Below the pieces are notes generated by a model, which worked only from the letters and a program-made list of their open reading frames with translations, ran no database searches and was not told where the DNA came from. Source: a bacterium (lineage in GTDB: Bacteria; Patescibacteriota; Microgenomatia; Woykebacterales; RBG-16-39-9b). Taken from it: DNA of 64,000 bases. Every line of letters starts with the position of its first letter. The stretch's first letter is position 1. The position numbers and the translations under genes were made by a program. This document shows, in pieces, positions 47,155 through 56,848 of the stretch. The DNA lies in NCBI GenBank assembly GCA_030704665.1, contig JAUYID010000009.1, positions 793,702 to 857,701 of the forward strand. Direction: 5' to 3'.

Positions 47155-48222
47155 TCAATCAGAGCTTTTGGTCCAAAAATAATCTAACAAAATTCTTGCC
47201 GAAGCAGCGATCGGTACTCCCAGTATAAACCCAATTGGCCCAGCCAGTTTCCCCCCTGCCAAAACGGCAAAAAGCACTACCATTGGGTGGAGCCGAGTAA
47301 GCCGGCCTAACAACTGCGGTATAACGAAGTAATCTTCAATCTGACGAAGGACAAAGTAAATCAAAACGATAACAATTGCCAGGGTCATCGGATCCAACCC
47401 AAAACGATTGACTCCAAGTACATAGCCTGTGGTCGCGGCCAAACCTCCAGCCGCGATTGGGCCGATGAAAGGTATCAGTTCCAAAAACCCAGTCAAAACC
47501 CCAATAATCAAAGCAAAGGGAACTCCAAGAATTACTAGAGCAATACTAGTGGCAATGCTCATTATGAAAACCAAGATTATTTGGCCGCGCAAATAACCCC
47601 CCAGAGCGTTGTTGATTTGCCCAAGCAGTCTTTCTACATCTTCTTGATGGTGTGAAGAAAACCGGCTTTTAATCGCCCGAACTAGATGCTGACCATCTTT
47701 GAGAAAGTAGAAAGTGGCTACCAGAAAAACTAAAACTTGCAAAACCCTGGACAAAGCCCCGGTAAAAATCGTCAGGAGTGAGTCTTGCGTGTGACTGATA
47801 GCAGTGTTTAAACCAATCAGAACCGCTCTTGCGGCTGACTGAAAACCAACACTTTGTCCAGCGATCGTCCATTCGGGCAAGCGCGCCACTGCGTTCTGAC
47901 TAAGATAGTTGATATCCTTGACTTCAATTTGTAGCTGACTTATTTCGTAGAGCAGTTTTCCACCAAGCCAAGTGACTGTGTAAATCACCAGTCCAAAAAC
48001 AACTAAGTAGATCAGCAAGATGGCCACCACTCGATGTATCTTCAAATATCGTTCCAGGAGTTTTACCACTGGGTTCAAAACGTAAGCAAGCAGCCCAGCT
48101 AGAATGAAGGGGGTAAGAATATCCCGAATTAGATAAGCAAGGACAAGTAAACCGAGCAAAAAGTAGATAAACAACCAGCTTTTTGATCTCATTAATTTGA
48201 TTATAACGTTATTTATTCTCAA
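47155..48222 (-). CDS. AI-2E family transporter
   Basis: YLRGQ, IPFIGP, QIEDYFVIP, LHP. Confidence 0.88.
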   Translation of the reverse strand: MRINNVIIKLMRSKSWLFIYFLLGLLVLAYLIRDILTPFILAGLLAYVLNPVVKLLERYLKIHRVVAILLIYLVVFGLVIYTVTWLGGKLLYEISQLQIEVKDINYLSQNAVARLPEWTIAGQSVGFQSAARAVLIGLNTAISHTQDSLLTIFTGALSRVLQVLVFLVATFYFLKDGQHLVRAIKSRFSSHHQEDVERLLGQINNALGGYLRGQIILVFIMSIATSIALVILGVPFALIIGVLTGFLELIPFIGPIAAGGLAATTGYVLGVNRFGLDPMTLAIVIVLIYFVLRQIEDYFVIPQLLGRLTRLHPMVVLFAVLAGGKLAGPIGFILGVPIAASARILLDYFWTKSSD

Positions 48223-49238
48223 GTAGTAGGAGTTTCTTCAGAAACGGTAAGCCAGCTTTGGATGAGTCGTTTCATTTCCTTTTTGTCCAGCGCCTCAATA
48301 TTGAACCAGTTGATTTTTCCCATTTTTCGAAACCAGGTCAGCTGTCGGCGAATATAAGCATGGTGCTTGAATTTTGTTCTTTGGATTGCTTCCTCTAGAG
48401 TCAACCTACTTGTCAAAAGACCAATGACATCTTGATAACCCAAAGAAGTAAAACTTGGTAGATCCTGCGGATAGTCTTGCAACAAAGCTTCAACTTCTTT
48501 TTGAAAAGCTCCTGAGCCGAACCACTCATCGACGCGCTGATCAGTGTTTTCATAAAGCCTTTCCCGGGTTGCGGTCAAACCGAGAATAAGTAAGTCAAAA
48601 TTAACTTTGTATTTTTCCCTAAGCTCCGAAAAGGGTTTTCCAGTTGCCTGGTAAACTTCCAAAGCTCGGGTGATGCGGCGGCGGTTGTTTTGGTCAATTT
48701 TTTTGTAACTAGCCGGATCAATTTCGAGAAGCAGGCCTAGCAAGCGTTCCGTAGATTTCTTTTCTAGCGATTCACGCAGGGCCGTGTCCGGAGCAACTTT
48801 GGGAATTTTCAGCCCTTCCGTGATTGCTTGGACGTAGAGCCCGGTGCCACCAACCAAAATCGGTAGTTTCTTTCTGGAAATGATTTCAGCAATTTTTTCT
48901 AAAGCCAACTGCTGAAACTGCGCAACTGAAAAGCGCTCATCTGGATCGACTACATCATAAAGGTGAATTGGTATTCCCTCAACTCGCCAAAAACCGTCAT
49001 GCTTCTCAAACCTCTCGTTAATTCTTACTTTCGAAGAAAGCAGTCTCTGAGCTTGCGAGGAGTTTAATTCTTCATTCTTCATTCTGAATTCAACTTTACC
49101 TGTCCCAACATCCATACCAGAAAAAATTTGCCGGCTGTCAGCACTGACTAGCTCGCCGTCGAATTTTTTTGCTAGTTCCAGGGCGAGACTGGTTTTTCCG
49201 GTTCCGGTCGGACCAACAATGACTAGTAGTTTGTTCAT
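48219..49238 (-). CDS. miaA: tRNA dimethylallyltransferase
   Basis: GPTGTGKT, SADSRQ, VGGTGLY, RRQLTWF. Confidence 0.95.
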   Translation of the reverse strand: MNKLLVIVGPTGTGKTSLALELAKKFDGELVSADSRQIFSGMDVGTGKVEFRMKNEELNSSQAQRLLSSKVRINERFEKHDGFWRVEGIPIHLYDVVDPDERFSVAQFQQLALEKIAEIISRKKLPILVGGTGLYVQAITEGLKIPKVAPDTALRESLEKKSTERLLGLLLEIDPASYKKIDQNNRRRITRALEVYQATGKPFSELREKYKVNFDLLILGLTATRERLYENTDQRVDEWFGSGAFQKEVEALLQDYPQDLPSFTSLGYQDVIGLLTSRLTLEEAIQRTKFKHHAYIRRQLTWFRKMGKINWFNIEALDKKEMKRLIQSWLTVSEETPTT

Positions 49239-49318
49239 GGGTTTAGTTTAACAGAGGGTTCAACTAAATTCGTAGTTTAACTGTTTTTTCCCGACTCTAA
49301 ATTCATCATTCTGCATTC

Positions 49319-50584
49319 TTAATTCTGAATCATATCCACCACCAAAGTCGACCAGCTGAAATCTTCAGCTCCAAAGCCTTTGCCGCTGATGGGATCGAAA
49401 AATTCTCGGAAACCCTGCTGTCGCACTAGCCCAACTGAGGCCTCAACAATTTTTTCTGCCTGCTGCCCAAAACCGTGTTCCCTCAACCCATTAACTAGGT
49501 ACCAGTTGGTGCTGATCCAGGTTGGTCCGCGCCAAATCAAGGGCTCTCCAAAAATCATGGTTGGTCGGGCTCGAAAATCAGGATCATCAGCGGCTACTGT
49601 TGGAACTGGATAAGGTAGGTCAAACTCATCTTTGTTGGACAGGTGTTTTGTCACCAAATTTTTAGCAATTTTCTCATCGATACCCAGAATCAAAGGCATC
49701 AGTCCTTTGATCGTTTTTGCGGTTGTGTTTTTCTCTTCTTTGGAATAGGTATCGAAGAAAAAGTTTGTTTTTTCATCAAAACATTTCGCAATTAGATTGT
49801 CCTGAGCTTTTTTGGCAATTAAAGAAAACTTTTTAGCTTGTTTTTCTTCCCCAAAACTTTCAAGTAGTCGAACTAGAACTTTTAAGTTTTTAATATAAAT
49901 AGAATTTACAAAAACATCCTCAACGTTGAAATAGTCTTCGGCAAAAATTTTCTTCAGGTCATAGTTGTGAAGCATGTGGCGCAAGGTCACTTTGCGGCAG
50001 CCGATCGCAACTCCCAACTTGGTTTTGCTACGAATATCACAGACTTCATCGTAGCTTGGCGACTGATCCATACCTGATTCATAAGGAGCAATGATGGAAA
50101 GTAAGCCGTCGCGATCCGGATCGCGGTTGTCCGCAAGCCACGAGTAATAATCAGTCAGTTTAGGTAGCATCTCTACCAAAAAATAGCGGTCTTTGTCTTT
50201 TTGATAAATTGCGTTCACTGCCTCTGCCAAAAGTGGCGGCTGGATCAACTCCGTGGTCTTCGGAAAAAGAGAAAACTTCGACTCAAGAGCTGCTCCGTGT
50301 AAGGAAAGCAGCGGTGGGTCCCAAAAAATGACGTGTGGGATGAAACCATCCTCTCGCTGCATTTTCGTCAAATTGCGCAGCTCATTTTTAGCTAGTTCCG
50401 GATCAAAGTGGGAAAGAACGATAGCGTGAAAACAGCTATCCCAAAACCATTGGTGAGAGTAGTGATGGCGCGAAGGACAAATATATTTGTACTCCATCTT
50501 GGCCCAGTTGGAGTAGCCAGTCTTGAGGTTGCCGTAGATAACTTGCTTGGCTTTATCTATAACATCCTGGGCAGGGATTTTCAT
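49319..50584 (-). CDS. MGH1/GH63-like (trehalase-like) glycoside hydrolase
   Basis: QWFWDSCF, QPP, ESGMDQSP, WRGPTW, FSWS. Confidence 0.85.
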   Translation of the reverse strand: MKIPAQDVIDKAKQVIYGNLKTGYSNWAKMEYKYICPSRHHYSHQWFWDSCFHAIVLSHFDPELAKNELRNLTKMQREDGFIPHVIFWDPPLLSLHGAALESKFSLFPKTTELIQPPLLAEAVNAIYQKDKDRYFLVEMLPKLTDYYSWLADNRDPDRDGLLSIIAPYESGMDQSPSYDEVCDIRSKTKLGVAIGCRKVTLRHMLHNYDLKKIFAEDYFNVEDVFVNSIYIKNLKVLVRLLESFGEEKQAKKFSLIAKKAQDNLIAKCFDEKTNFFFDTYSKEEKNTTAKTIKGLMPLILGIDEKIAKNLVTKHLSNKDEFDLPYPVPTVAADDPDFRARPTMIFGEPLIWRGPTWISTNWYLVNGLREHGFGQQAEKIVEASVGLVRQQGFREFFDPISGKGFGAEDFSWSTLVVDMIQN

Positions 50585-50708
50585 TGCGAGCTTGCGAGCA
50601 ACATCGACCGCATATTAATAATCTTTTAGTTTTTCAAAAACTCTCTTTAGGTCGATATTATTTTTAGTTTAATGCAAATAGAGTGCCAGCGCTAGACTTG
50701 CTACTTTG

Positions 50709-50895
50709 TGTCATCCTGAGAACTTAGCAAAGGATCTCCTTCGACAAGCTTAGGACAGGTCGGAGATTCTTCATTTCATTCAGAATGACACGAACAAAAA
50801 TGTTAAACTTGCGAAATTGTCATCCTGAACTCGGTTCAGGATCTAAGGGATTCCGAAACCTCTCTCGCGACAAGGTGGACAAGTTCGGAATGACA
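50709..50895. repeat. Two REP-like palindromic units (50709-50790, 50818-50895)
   Basis: Each opens with TGTCATCCTGA and closes with (C/G)(A/G)GAATGACA, with internal hairpins. Confidence 0.78.
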
Positions 50896-50933
50896 TAACT
50901 GCTAAACCTTGTCCTGCCTGTTAAACTATTGAT

Positions 50934-51767
50934 ATGGCTTTTAATCCGAACACCATCTGGGTTTCACACACCAGCCTCAATGATTTTGGGAAATGCAAAC
51001 AGCTCTACTATTTGCGCGGTCTTTATCGCGACCAAAAGTATGGTAATAACTTTCGAATTCAAGTCGCCTCACCCTATTTAAGTCTCGGAGAAGCGGTGCA
51101 TGACGCCATTGACCAATTGATCAAGCGCTACCCAAAAGGCGAAAGAAGCAAGGACAAGCTCTTTTATGAGTTTAACCGAGGCTGGAAACTAAAACCAGGC
51201 AAGGTGGGTGGCTTTCAATCAGAGTCTCAGGAAAAAGAATTCAAGGCTCGTGGAGAAGCCATGCTCGAGCGCTTTTGGAAACACGAGCATTTCAAAAATA
51301 GTGAGCCAATTTTAGTCGATTTTCCAAAGCTTCCCTTGATCGGTCAGGATGAGGCTATTCTCGTAGGCAATTTTGATTGGCTCGAAAAAAATGAATCCGG
51401 GCTACATATACTAGACTTCAAAACTGGCCAGAACGAAGAAGAGGAGGGCTCCCGCCAGCTTCCACTTTACGCGATACTGGGTGAGCACGTACTGAAGAAA
51501 CCGGTGACCAAAGTCAGCTACTGGTATCTCGACAAAGACGATGAGCCAGTTGAGATGACTCTTCCGGATTTGGGGGGAACTCTAGATGAAGTAAAAACAC
51601 AAGCATTAGAAATGCAAAAGGCTGTGAATAGCAAGGATTTTGCTTGTACCACAGATGTCGGCTACTGCCGAGCCTGTCATGATTATCATGCGGCAATTAA
51701 TGATATTGCCGAACACGTCGCCACTGATTTCAAACGCAAACGTGAGGTCTTTTTCCTTCCAACTTGA
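50934..51767 (+). CDS. PD-(D/E)XK nuclease family protein (RecB/AddB-like)
   Basis: LGEAVH, GNFD...ILDFKTG, QLPLY; Cys at the N-terminus plus C-terminal C..CxxC. Confidence 0.85.
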   Translation: MAFNPNTIWVSHTSLNDFGKCKQLYYLRGLYRDQKYGNNFRIQVASPYLSLGEAVHDAIDQLIKRYPKGERSKDKLFYEFNRGWKLKPGKVGGFQSESQEKEFKARGEAMLERFWKHEHFKNSEPILVDFPKLPLIGQDEAILVGNFDWLEKNESGLHILDFKTGQNEEEEGSRQLPLYAILGEHVLKKPVTKVSYWYLDKDDEPVEMTLPDLGGTLDEVKTQALEMQKAVNSKDFACTTDVGYCRACHDYHAAINDIAEHVATDFKRKREVFFLPT

Positions 51768-51799
51768 CAAACAAAATTGGGGGGGGTTAAACTTAAACC

Positions 51800-52198
51800 A
51801 TGGGTGAAACTATGGGGCCATCTCCCGAAGAGATGGGCTTGAGACCAGAACCAAAAATCGATCTTGAAGGTGGGCAACAAGTACCTAAACCAGAATTTAA
51901 TAAAATAGACCCTGAATTAAAATCAATAGTACAATCACGGGCTGGAGAGTTCGTGGAAGGTGTGATGGGAAGCGACGTTGAAGGAAATCTTTATGAAGAC
52001 AGAGTCAAAGCACAAGAAATGGAAAGGATATTAAGAATATTGGAGTTATCTTTGGGATCCTCTCTTAAAGATACTATTGATCATGAGGAGATAGTGAGAG
52101 CACAGAGAAACCCAGACTACCAGAGTACAACAAAGGTTATGGACAATTTTATCCAAGCTGCTCGAGAAAGACTAAAGGGTCCCAAGACTTCAGAGTAA
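51800..52198 (+). CDS. Hypothetical protein with N-terminal GPSPEEMG motif
   Basis: 132 aa; TTGACA-18-TAAACT-6nt-ATG. Confidence 0.72.
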   Translation: MGETMGPSPEEMGLRPEPKIDLEGGQQVPKPEFNKIDPELKSIVQSRAGEFVEGVMGSDVEGNLYEDRVKAQEMERILRILELSLGSSLKDTIDHEEIVRAQRNPDYQSTTKVMDNFIQAARERLKGPKTSE

Positions 52199-52224
52199 GA
52201 GTTGTTTTTAACAGTTTCGTTGGT

Positions 52225-52254
52225 AACGACTTCGCAAGAGGTCGTTTTTCTTTT
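52225..52254 (+). terminator. Intrinsic terminator
   Basis: aacgactt-cgcaa-gaggtcgtt followed by a T tract. Confidence 0.6.
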
Positions 52255-52261
52255 ATGAAAT

Positions 52262-52837
52262 TTATTTCGTGTAGTCTTCTAAAACCGTATCCTCTGTTAC
52301 AACCTGAACAAAAGTTTTTTTCTTGGCTAGTTCCGCGACCTTGTGTTTGATCGAAAAGTCGTCAAAATAAACTTCAATAGTAGCTGGGAAAATGTTCTCT
52401 GTGACAAACTTTGTCAATACAGGATAATCTTTATTTCTTTCCTTGTATCTTTTCAAAGCCTCCTCCTGTGAAATTATTTTTACCTCCCTTACTCCCTTTA
52501 CCTTCTCAATCTCATTCTTAAGACTTTCTTCTTGTTCAGTGCTTGCCTCACCCTTAAGAAAGGCAATGACTTGCGCTCTTTGTTTTCTTGCTTCTTCGCC
52601 TTTACTGATGCTTGGATAAAGTCGGGGGTCTAGATACAAAAGCCCACACTCTTTTCTAGCTGTGTAGTACTGAATCAAGGCATACCTTTCCTCACCGTTT
52701 TTCAGACTTTTGTTCCCGATCGAGATCCGTTCCTGAGCTTTTTTGCACGCAGAATTAGGAATAAAGAACAAAGAGACGGCTCCAATTAAAGCAAGAACAA
52801 GGGTACCTCCAAGAATAAGAACGGCTCTTTTTTTCAC
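52262..52837 (-). CDS. Membrane-anchored protein with an FtsX extracellular-like domain
   Basis: IAFLK...VREVKIISQEEALKRYK...NIFPATIEV. Confidence 0.7.
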   Translation of the reverse strand: MKKRAVLILGGTLVLALIGAVSLFFIPNSACKKAQERISIGNKSLKNGEERYALIQYYTARKECGLLYLDPRLYPSISKGEEARKQRAQVIAFLKGEASTEQEESLKNEIEKVKGVREVKIISQEEALKRYKERNKDYPVLTKFVTENIFPATIEVYFDDFSIKHKVAELAKKKTFVQVVTEDTVLEDYTK

Positions 52838-54021
52838 CCTGATACCCCAACTTTCTGCTTATTAATAAGGTTGTCGAGGATGTGGAAGCGGCGGTGTTTT
52901 TCTTCGTTTGAGATGTTATCTTCAAGGTTTTTTTGCGCTACTGTCCCCGGTCTGGTAGAATACATGCCAATGTAGGCGACAACCCAACCGACTTTTTTTG
53001 CTAGTGTAACTGTCGACTGAAATTCGTCCTGCGTTTCTCCGGGAAAGCCCACGATGATATCAGTTCCAATCTGCACTTCGGGAATTTTTGTTTTTAACTT
53101 ATTAACTAATTCTAGATAATCATTTTGCGTGTAATAGCGGTTCATTCGTTTCAGAACTGAGTCAGAACCAGATTGCACCGGCAGGTGAATATAGCGGTCA
53201 ATATTGGGGTACTTGGCAATAAGGCCAATTAGCTCATCAGAAAAATCCCAGGGGTTTGAAGAAAGAAAAGAAACTTTTTCAAAGCCTTTTCTGGCAACTT
53301 CCTCGAGCAGTTGCGGAAAAATGGTTGGGATTCGCTTTCTTCCCATACTCATCTTTACCATGACTGGGAGTAACGAACGGCCGTCCTGCCTCGATTTGCC
53401 ATTCTCGTCAAGGCTGGCAGGCAGGGGATACAGACCGTCCTTAAGGTTTTCTTTGATGAAATCAGCTCCGTAAGAATTGACGTTTTGTCCGAGAAGTGTA
53501 ACCCGCTTGTAACCGGCGGTCTGAAGATCGTCAACTTCGTGAATAATGTCATTCCAGGGTCTGGAAATCTCTCTTCCGCGCGTGAAAGGGACAATACAAA
53601 AAGTACAAAAATTGTTGCAGCCTTGAGAAATGACTACCCAGCCGTGCTGCCGATCTTCCCGCCGGATGGGGGTGTTGAAACCGACCTCATCAATAGGAAG
53701 AAATTCGTCCACAAGTGGGAGTCGTGCTTTCATCACCCGGTACATTTTGCCGCTGGGATCGCGCACCATTGCCCCAACTAGACAACCGGTGACTGTAATT
53801 TTGAAGCCGGGTTTGGCCTCTTTGATTTTACCGAGTTTCTGCATCATACCGTAGACACGGTCTTCAGCGTGTTGCCGCACCATGCAAGTGTTGATGACAA
53901 CATGGTCAGCTTCTTCAAGATTTTTTGCGGGGGTAAAATTACGCGATTCGAAAGCGCCGGCAACCCGCTCCGAGTCAGCGAAGTTTTGCTGACAGCCAAA
54001 GGTGGTAATGAAGTATTTCAT
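52834..54021 (-). CDS. miaB: tRNA methylthiotransferase MiaB (no TRAM domain)
   Basis: TFGCQQN, NTCMVR, CNNFCTFC radical-SAM motif, HLPVQSGS, IIVGFPGET. Confidence 0.9.
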   Translation of the reverse strand: MKYFITTFGCQQNFADSERVAGAFESRNFTPAKNLEEADHVVINTCMVRQHAEDRVYGMMQKLGKIKEAKPGFKITVTGCLVGAMVRDPSGKMYRVMKARLPLVDEFLPIDEVGFNTPIRREDRQHGWVVISQGCNNFCTFCIVPFTRGREISRPWNDIIHEVDDLQTAGYKRVTLLGQNVNSYGADFIKENLKDGLYPLPASLDENGKSRQDGRSLLPVMVKMSMGRKRIPTIFPQLLEEVARKGFEKVSFLSSNPWDFSDELIGLIAKYPNIDRYIHLPVQSGSDSVLKRMNRYYTQNDYLELVNKLKTKIPEVQIGTDIIVGFPGETQDEFQSTVTLAKKVGWVVAYIGMYSTRPGTVAQKNLEDNISNEEKHRRFHILDNLINKQKVGVSG

Positions 54022-54126
54022 AGACGAATTAAGAGCAAAACCCAAAATTCACCTTTTACGCTTGCGCAAAAGGCAAAGTTCTGCGCAGTAAGCAGTAAAT
54101 TAATCTCACTGCGAACCAGCAGGTCT

Positions 54127-54402
54127 TTACTTCCGGACTTGTTTCTTAATCCCTTTGGCAGCAATAAACCCAACTGTATTCATTTGCGGAAGTTGCAAAC
54201 TTTGTCCTGTCTTGGGGTTGCGTCCAGTTCTAGCCTTTCGACCACGAATGATAAAGGTACCAAAACCTGAAATGACGACCTTGTCCCCTTTTTTGAGGGC
54301 TTCCTCAATCGTATCAAAAGTAGAGTCAACTGCTTCTTTGGCAGCTTTCTTGGTCAGGTGAGCTTCTCGGGAAACTTTTTCGATTATATCTGCTTTGAGC
54401 AT
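54127..54402 (-). CDS. hup: HU family DNA-binding protein
   Basis: GFGTF...ARTGRNPKTG. Confidence 0.95.
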   Translation of the reverse strand: MLKADIIEKVSREAHLTKKAAKEAVDSTFDTIEEALKKGDKVVISGFGTFIIRGRKARTGRNPKTGQSLQLPQMNTVGFIAAKGIKKQVRK

Positions 54403-54416
54403 GACAACACCTCCTT

Positions 54417-55205
54417 TCAGTCAACACTACGATCTATTCTTAAAATCGACTTGGCAGCCCCTTTTTTGTCGGTTTCGATCAGTACCGAACGGAAAACTTT
54501 CGGGCCTGAATCAACCCATTCGAACTTCGCGGGCGCCGTGTCTTTTTGTTTTTTGATAATTATTTCTGGGACCACTCCAAGAACTGAGTGGAGAGCTCCG
54601 GTCATACCAATGTCAGAAACGTAAGCTGTCCCCTTTGGCATGATCCAGTTATCGGCCGTTGGCACGTGGGTGTGAGTTCCAACCACAGCAGTCACCCGAC
54701 CGTCAAGAAACCAACCCATGGCATTTTTTTCACTCGTTGCCTCGGCGTGAAAATCAACGAGGATGATAGCAGGCTTTTCTTTTTCAACTTCATTGAGCAG
54801 AATGCTATCCACAGTTCGGAAGGGCTCGTCTGTTGGCTCGGGAATCCACTGTTTTCCGATGAGATTGATAAGCATCACCTTTTCCTTCCCGACATTAGCG
54901 TAAGTAAAACCAAAACCAGGATTGTCCGCCGGGTAGTTCGCCGGCCGGATCACGGTCGGATCGTTGTTGAGCTCAGAAACAAATTCTTCTTTAAACCAAA
55001 TGTGATTTCCAGAAGTAAAAAGGTCAACCCCGTAGCCACGCAGCTCGTCAACCTTATCTTTAGTCGCCCCTTTGCCATGGGCGAGATTCTCGATATTGGC
55101 GACCACAAGATCGATTTTTTCTTCTTTAATTAGGTCCGGCAAAACCTCGGCGACTGCTCGCCGACCTGGTCTTGCCACTACATCCCCAATCATTAATATT
55201 CGCAT
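54417..55205 (-). CDS. ymdB: YmdB/TIGR00282 metallophosphoesterase
   Basis: GDVV, NIEN, TSGNH, DFHAEATSEK, GTHTHV. Confidence 0.93.
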   Translation of the reverse strand: MRILMIGDVVARPGRRAVAEVLPDLIKEEKIDLVVANIENLAHGKGATKDKVDELRGYGVDLFTSGNHIWFKEEFVSELNNDPTVIRPANYPADNPGFGFTYANVGKEKVMLINLIGKQWIPEPTDEPFRTVDSILLNEVEKEKPAIILVDFHAEATSEKNAMGWFLDGRVTAVVGTHTHVPTADNWIMPKGTAYVSDIGMTGALHSVLGVVPEIIIKKQKDTAPAKFEWVDSGPKVFRSVLIETDKKGAAKSILRIDRSVD

Positions 55206-55260
55206 AGATTTAAGGTTTAAGTTTTAAGATATCTTAAAGCTGACATCATAAATCTTATAA

Positions 55261-56733
55261 CTATTTAGCTATTGCCTCCGCTCTTGTTTCTCGCATCACG
55301 GTAACTTTGACTTGTCCCGGGTAAGTGATCGAGTCATGAATTTTGTCAGCAATGTCATGAGCCAACTTTTCAATGCTGGCATCATCCATCTGTTCTGGGA
55401 AAACAATGACTCGGACTTCCCGACCCGCCGCGATCGCGAAAGAGCGGTCAACACCTTGGAAAGAGCTCGCCACATTTTCGATTTCAGTCACCCGTTTGAT
55501 GTAGTCTTCAACTGATTCGTGGCGCGCTCCGGGGCGGGAACCGGAAATGGCGTCCGCAATCCAAACGATGACTGACTCAACCTGAGAAAAGGGTATATCC
55601 TCGTGGTGCTCAGCTACACAAGCAATGACTTTGGGATCGACGTTAAATTTCTTAAGATAATCGACTCCAAGTTGAACGTGAGTTCCTTCTTGCTCACCGG
55701 TGAAAACCTTGCCAATATCGTGGAAGAGACAACCCAAGCGGACGATGTTGACGTCAGCTCCTACCATGCGCGCAATTGCCATGCCGATTTTCGTTTCTTC
55801 GATCGTATGCAGCATCAAGTTCTGTCCGTAGGAAAATCTCCACTTGAATCTGCCGAGTGTTTCGACAATTTCGGCCGGAAGGTTGTGGACCCCAACTGTA
55901 GTCAAAAGCTTTTCGCCCTCCTCACGGCGGATTTTTTCAAAGTTCTTGCGCACTTGCTCGACGATTTCTTCAATCCGGCTTGGTTGGATTCGTCCGTCAG
56001 CCATCAAGCGCTCAAGAGCAACCCGAGCAATTTCTCGTCTCTCCCCATCGAAAGAGGAAAGTCGGATACTTCCCGGTGTATCATCGAGATCAACGTCGAC
56101 TCCGGTCGCTACCTCAAAGGTTTTGATGTTTCGCCCCTCTCGACCAATGATGCGACCTTTCATATCTTCATCGGAAAGTTTCACCGTGGAAGTCGTGTAC
56201 TCGGCCACATAGTCGGTGGCTCCGGCCTTCATCGCGTCAATCAAAATTCCTTTGGCTTTTTCATCGGCTTCGCGCTTGATTTGGTCTTCTGCTTCTCGAA
56301 TCCGACGGGCGATTTCTTCTTTAAGGTGTGACTCAGTTGCATCAAGAATAAGCTTTTTTGCTTCCTCTCGTGTCACGCCGGCGACTTTTTCGAGTTTGGC
56401 TCCGAGCTCAGCTTTGGTTTTTTCTAGATCGTCAACCTTGTCCTGAATTGTTTTGTCTTTGCTCTCCACTTCAGTCAGTTTTTTCTCGATTGATTCTTCT
56501 TTGACTGCCAAACGAGACTCTAGTCCGAGCACCTCGGAACGAATCTTGCGCGCCTCTTCCTCAGCTTCTTTTTTGATTTTTAGGGCTTCTTCTTTCGCCT
56601 CTAGAACAATTTCCGAAGCAGCAGTTTCTGGCTTCGCGGCCTTTTTGCTGTTTGGCTGAATTTTATTTTGATAAACGTAGGAAACCCCTCCTCCGACCAA
56701 GAGGGCTATCACTGCTATTGCGATTGGATCCAT
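55261..56733 (-). CDS. rny: Ribonuclease Y
   Basis: TM anchor, coiled coil, KH (KGRIIGREGRNI), HD (FHDIGK), SRPGAR. Confidence 0.96.
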   Translation of the reverse strand: MDPIAIAVIALLVGGGVSYVYQNKIQPNSKKAAKPETAASEIVLEAKEEALKIKKEAEEEARKIRSEVLGLESRLAVKEESIEKKLTEVESKDKTIQDKVDDLEKTKAELGAKLEKVAGVTREEAKKLILDATESHLKEEIARRIREAEDQIKREADEKAKGILIDAMKAGATDYVAEYTTSTVKLSDEDMKGRIIGREGRNIKTFEVATGVDVDLDDTPGSIRLSSFDGERREIARVALERLMADGRIQPSRIEEIVEQVRKNFEKIRREEGEKLLTTVGVHNLPAEIVETLGRFKWRFSYGQNLMLHTIEETKIGMAIARMVGADVNIVRLGCLFHDIGKVFTGEQEGTHVQLGVDYLKKFNVDPKVIACVAEHHEDIPFSQVESVIVWIADAISGSRPGARHESVEDYIKRVTEIENVASSFQGVDRSFAIAAGREVRVIVFPEQMDDASIEKLAHDIADKIHDSITYPGQVKVTVMRETRAEAIAK

Positions 56734-56848
56734 AAATTATTTTCACCTTTTTACCTTTCCTTGGGCAAAGTTCGCCTCGTCTCCGAGACGTGTAAGAGAA
56801 TTGCTTGATATAACAATGAAAAGTTCTCTATCTTTTCGTTCCACTATT

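Noticed and set aside
50934-51767. Cas4 with an adjacent CRISPR array
   Set aside because: No cas1/cas2; the upstream repeats are palindromic REP-like units without repeat-spacer periodicity; the protein fits a stand-alone PD-(D/E)XK nuclease.
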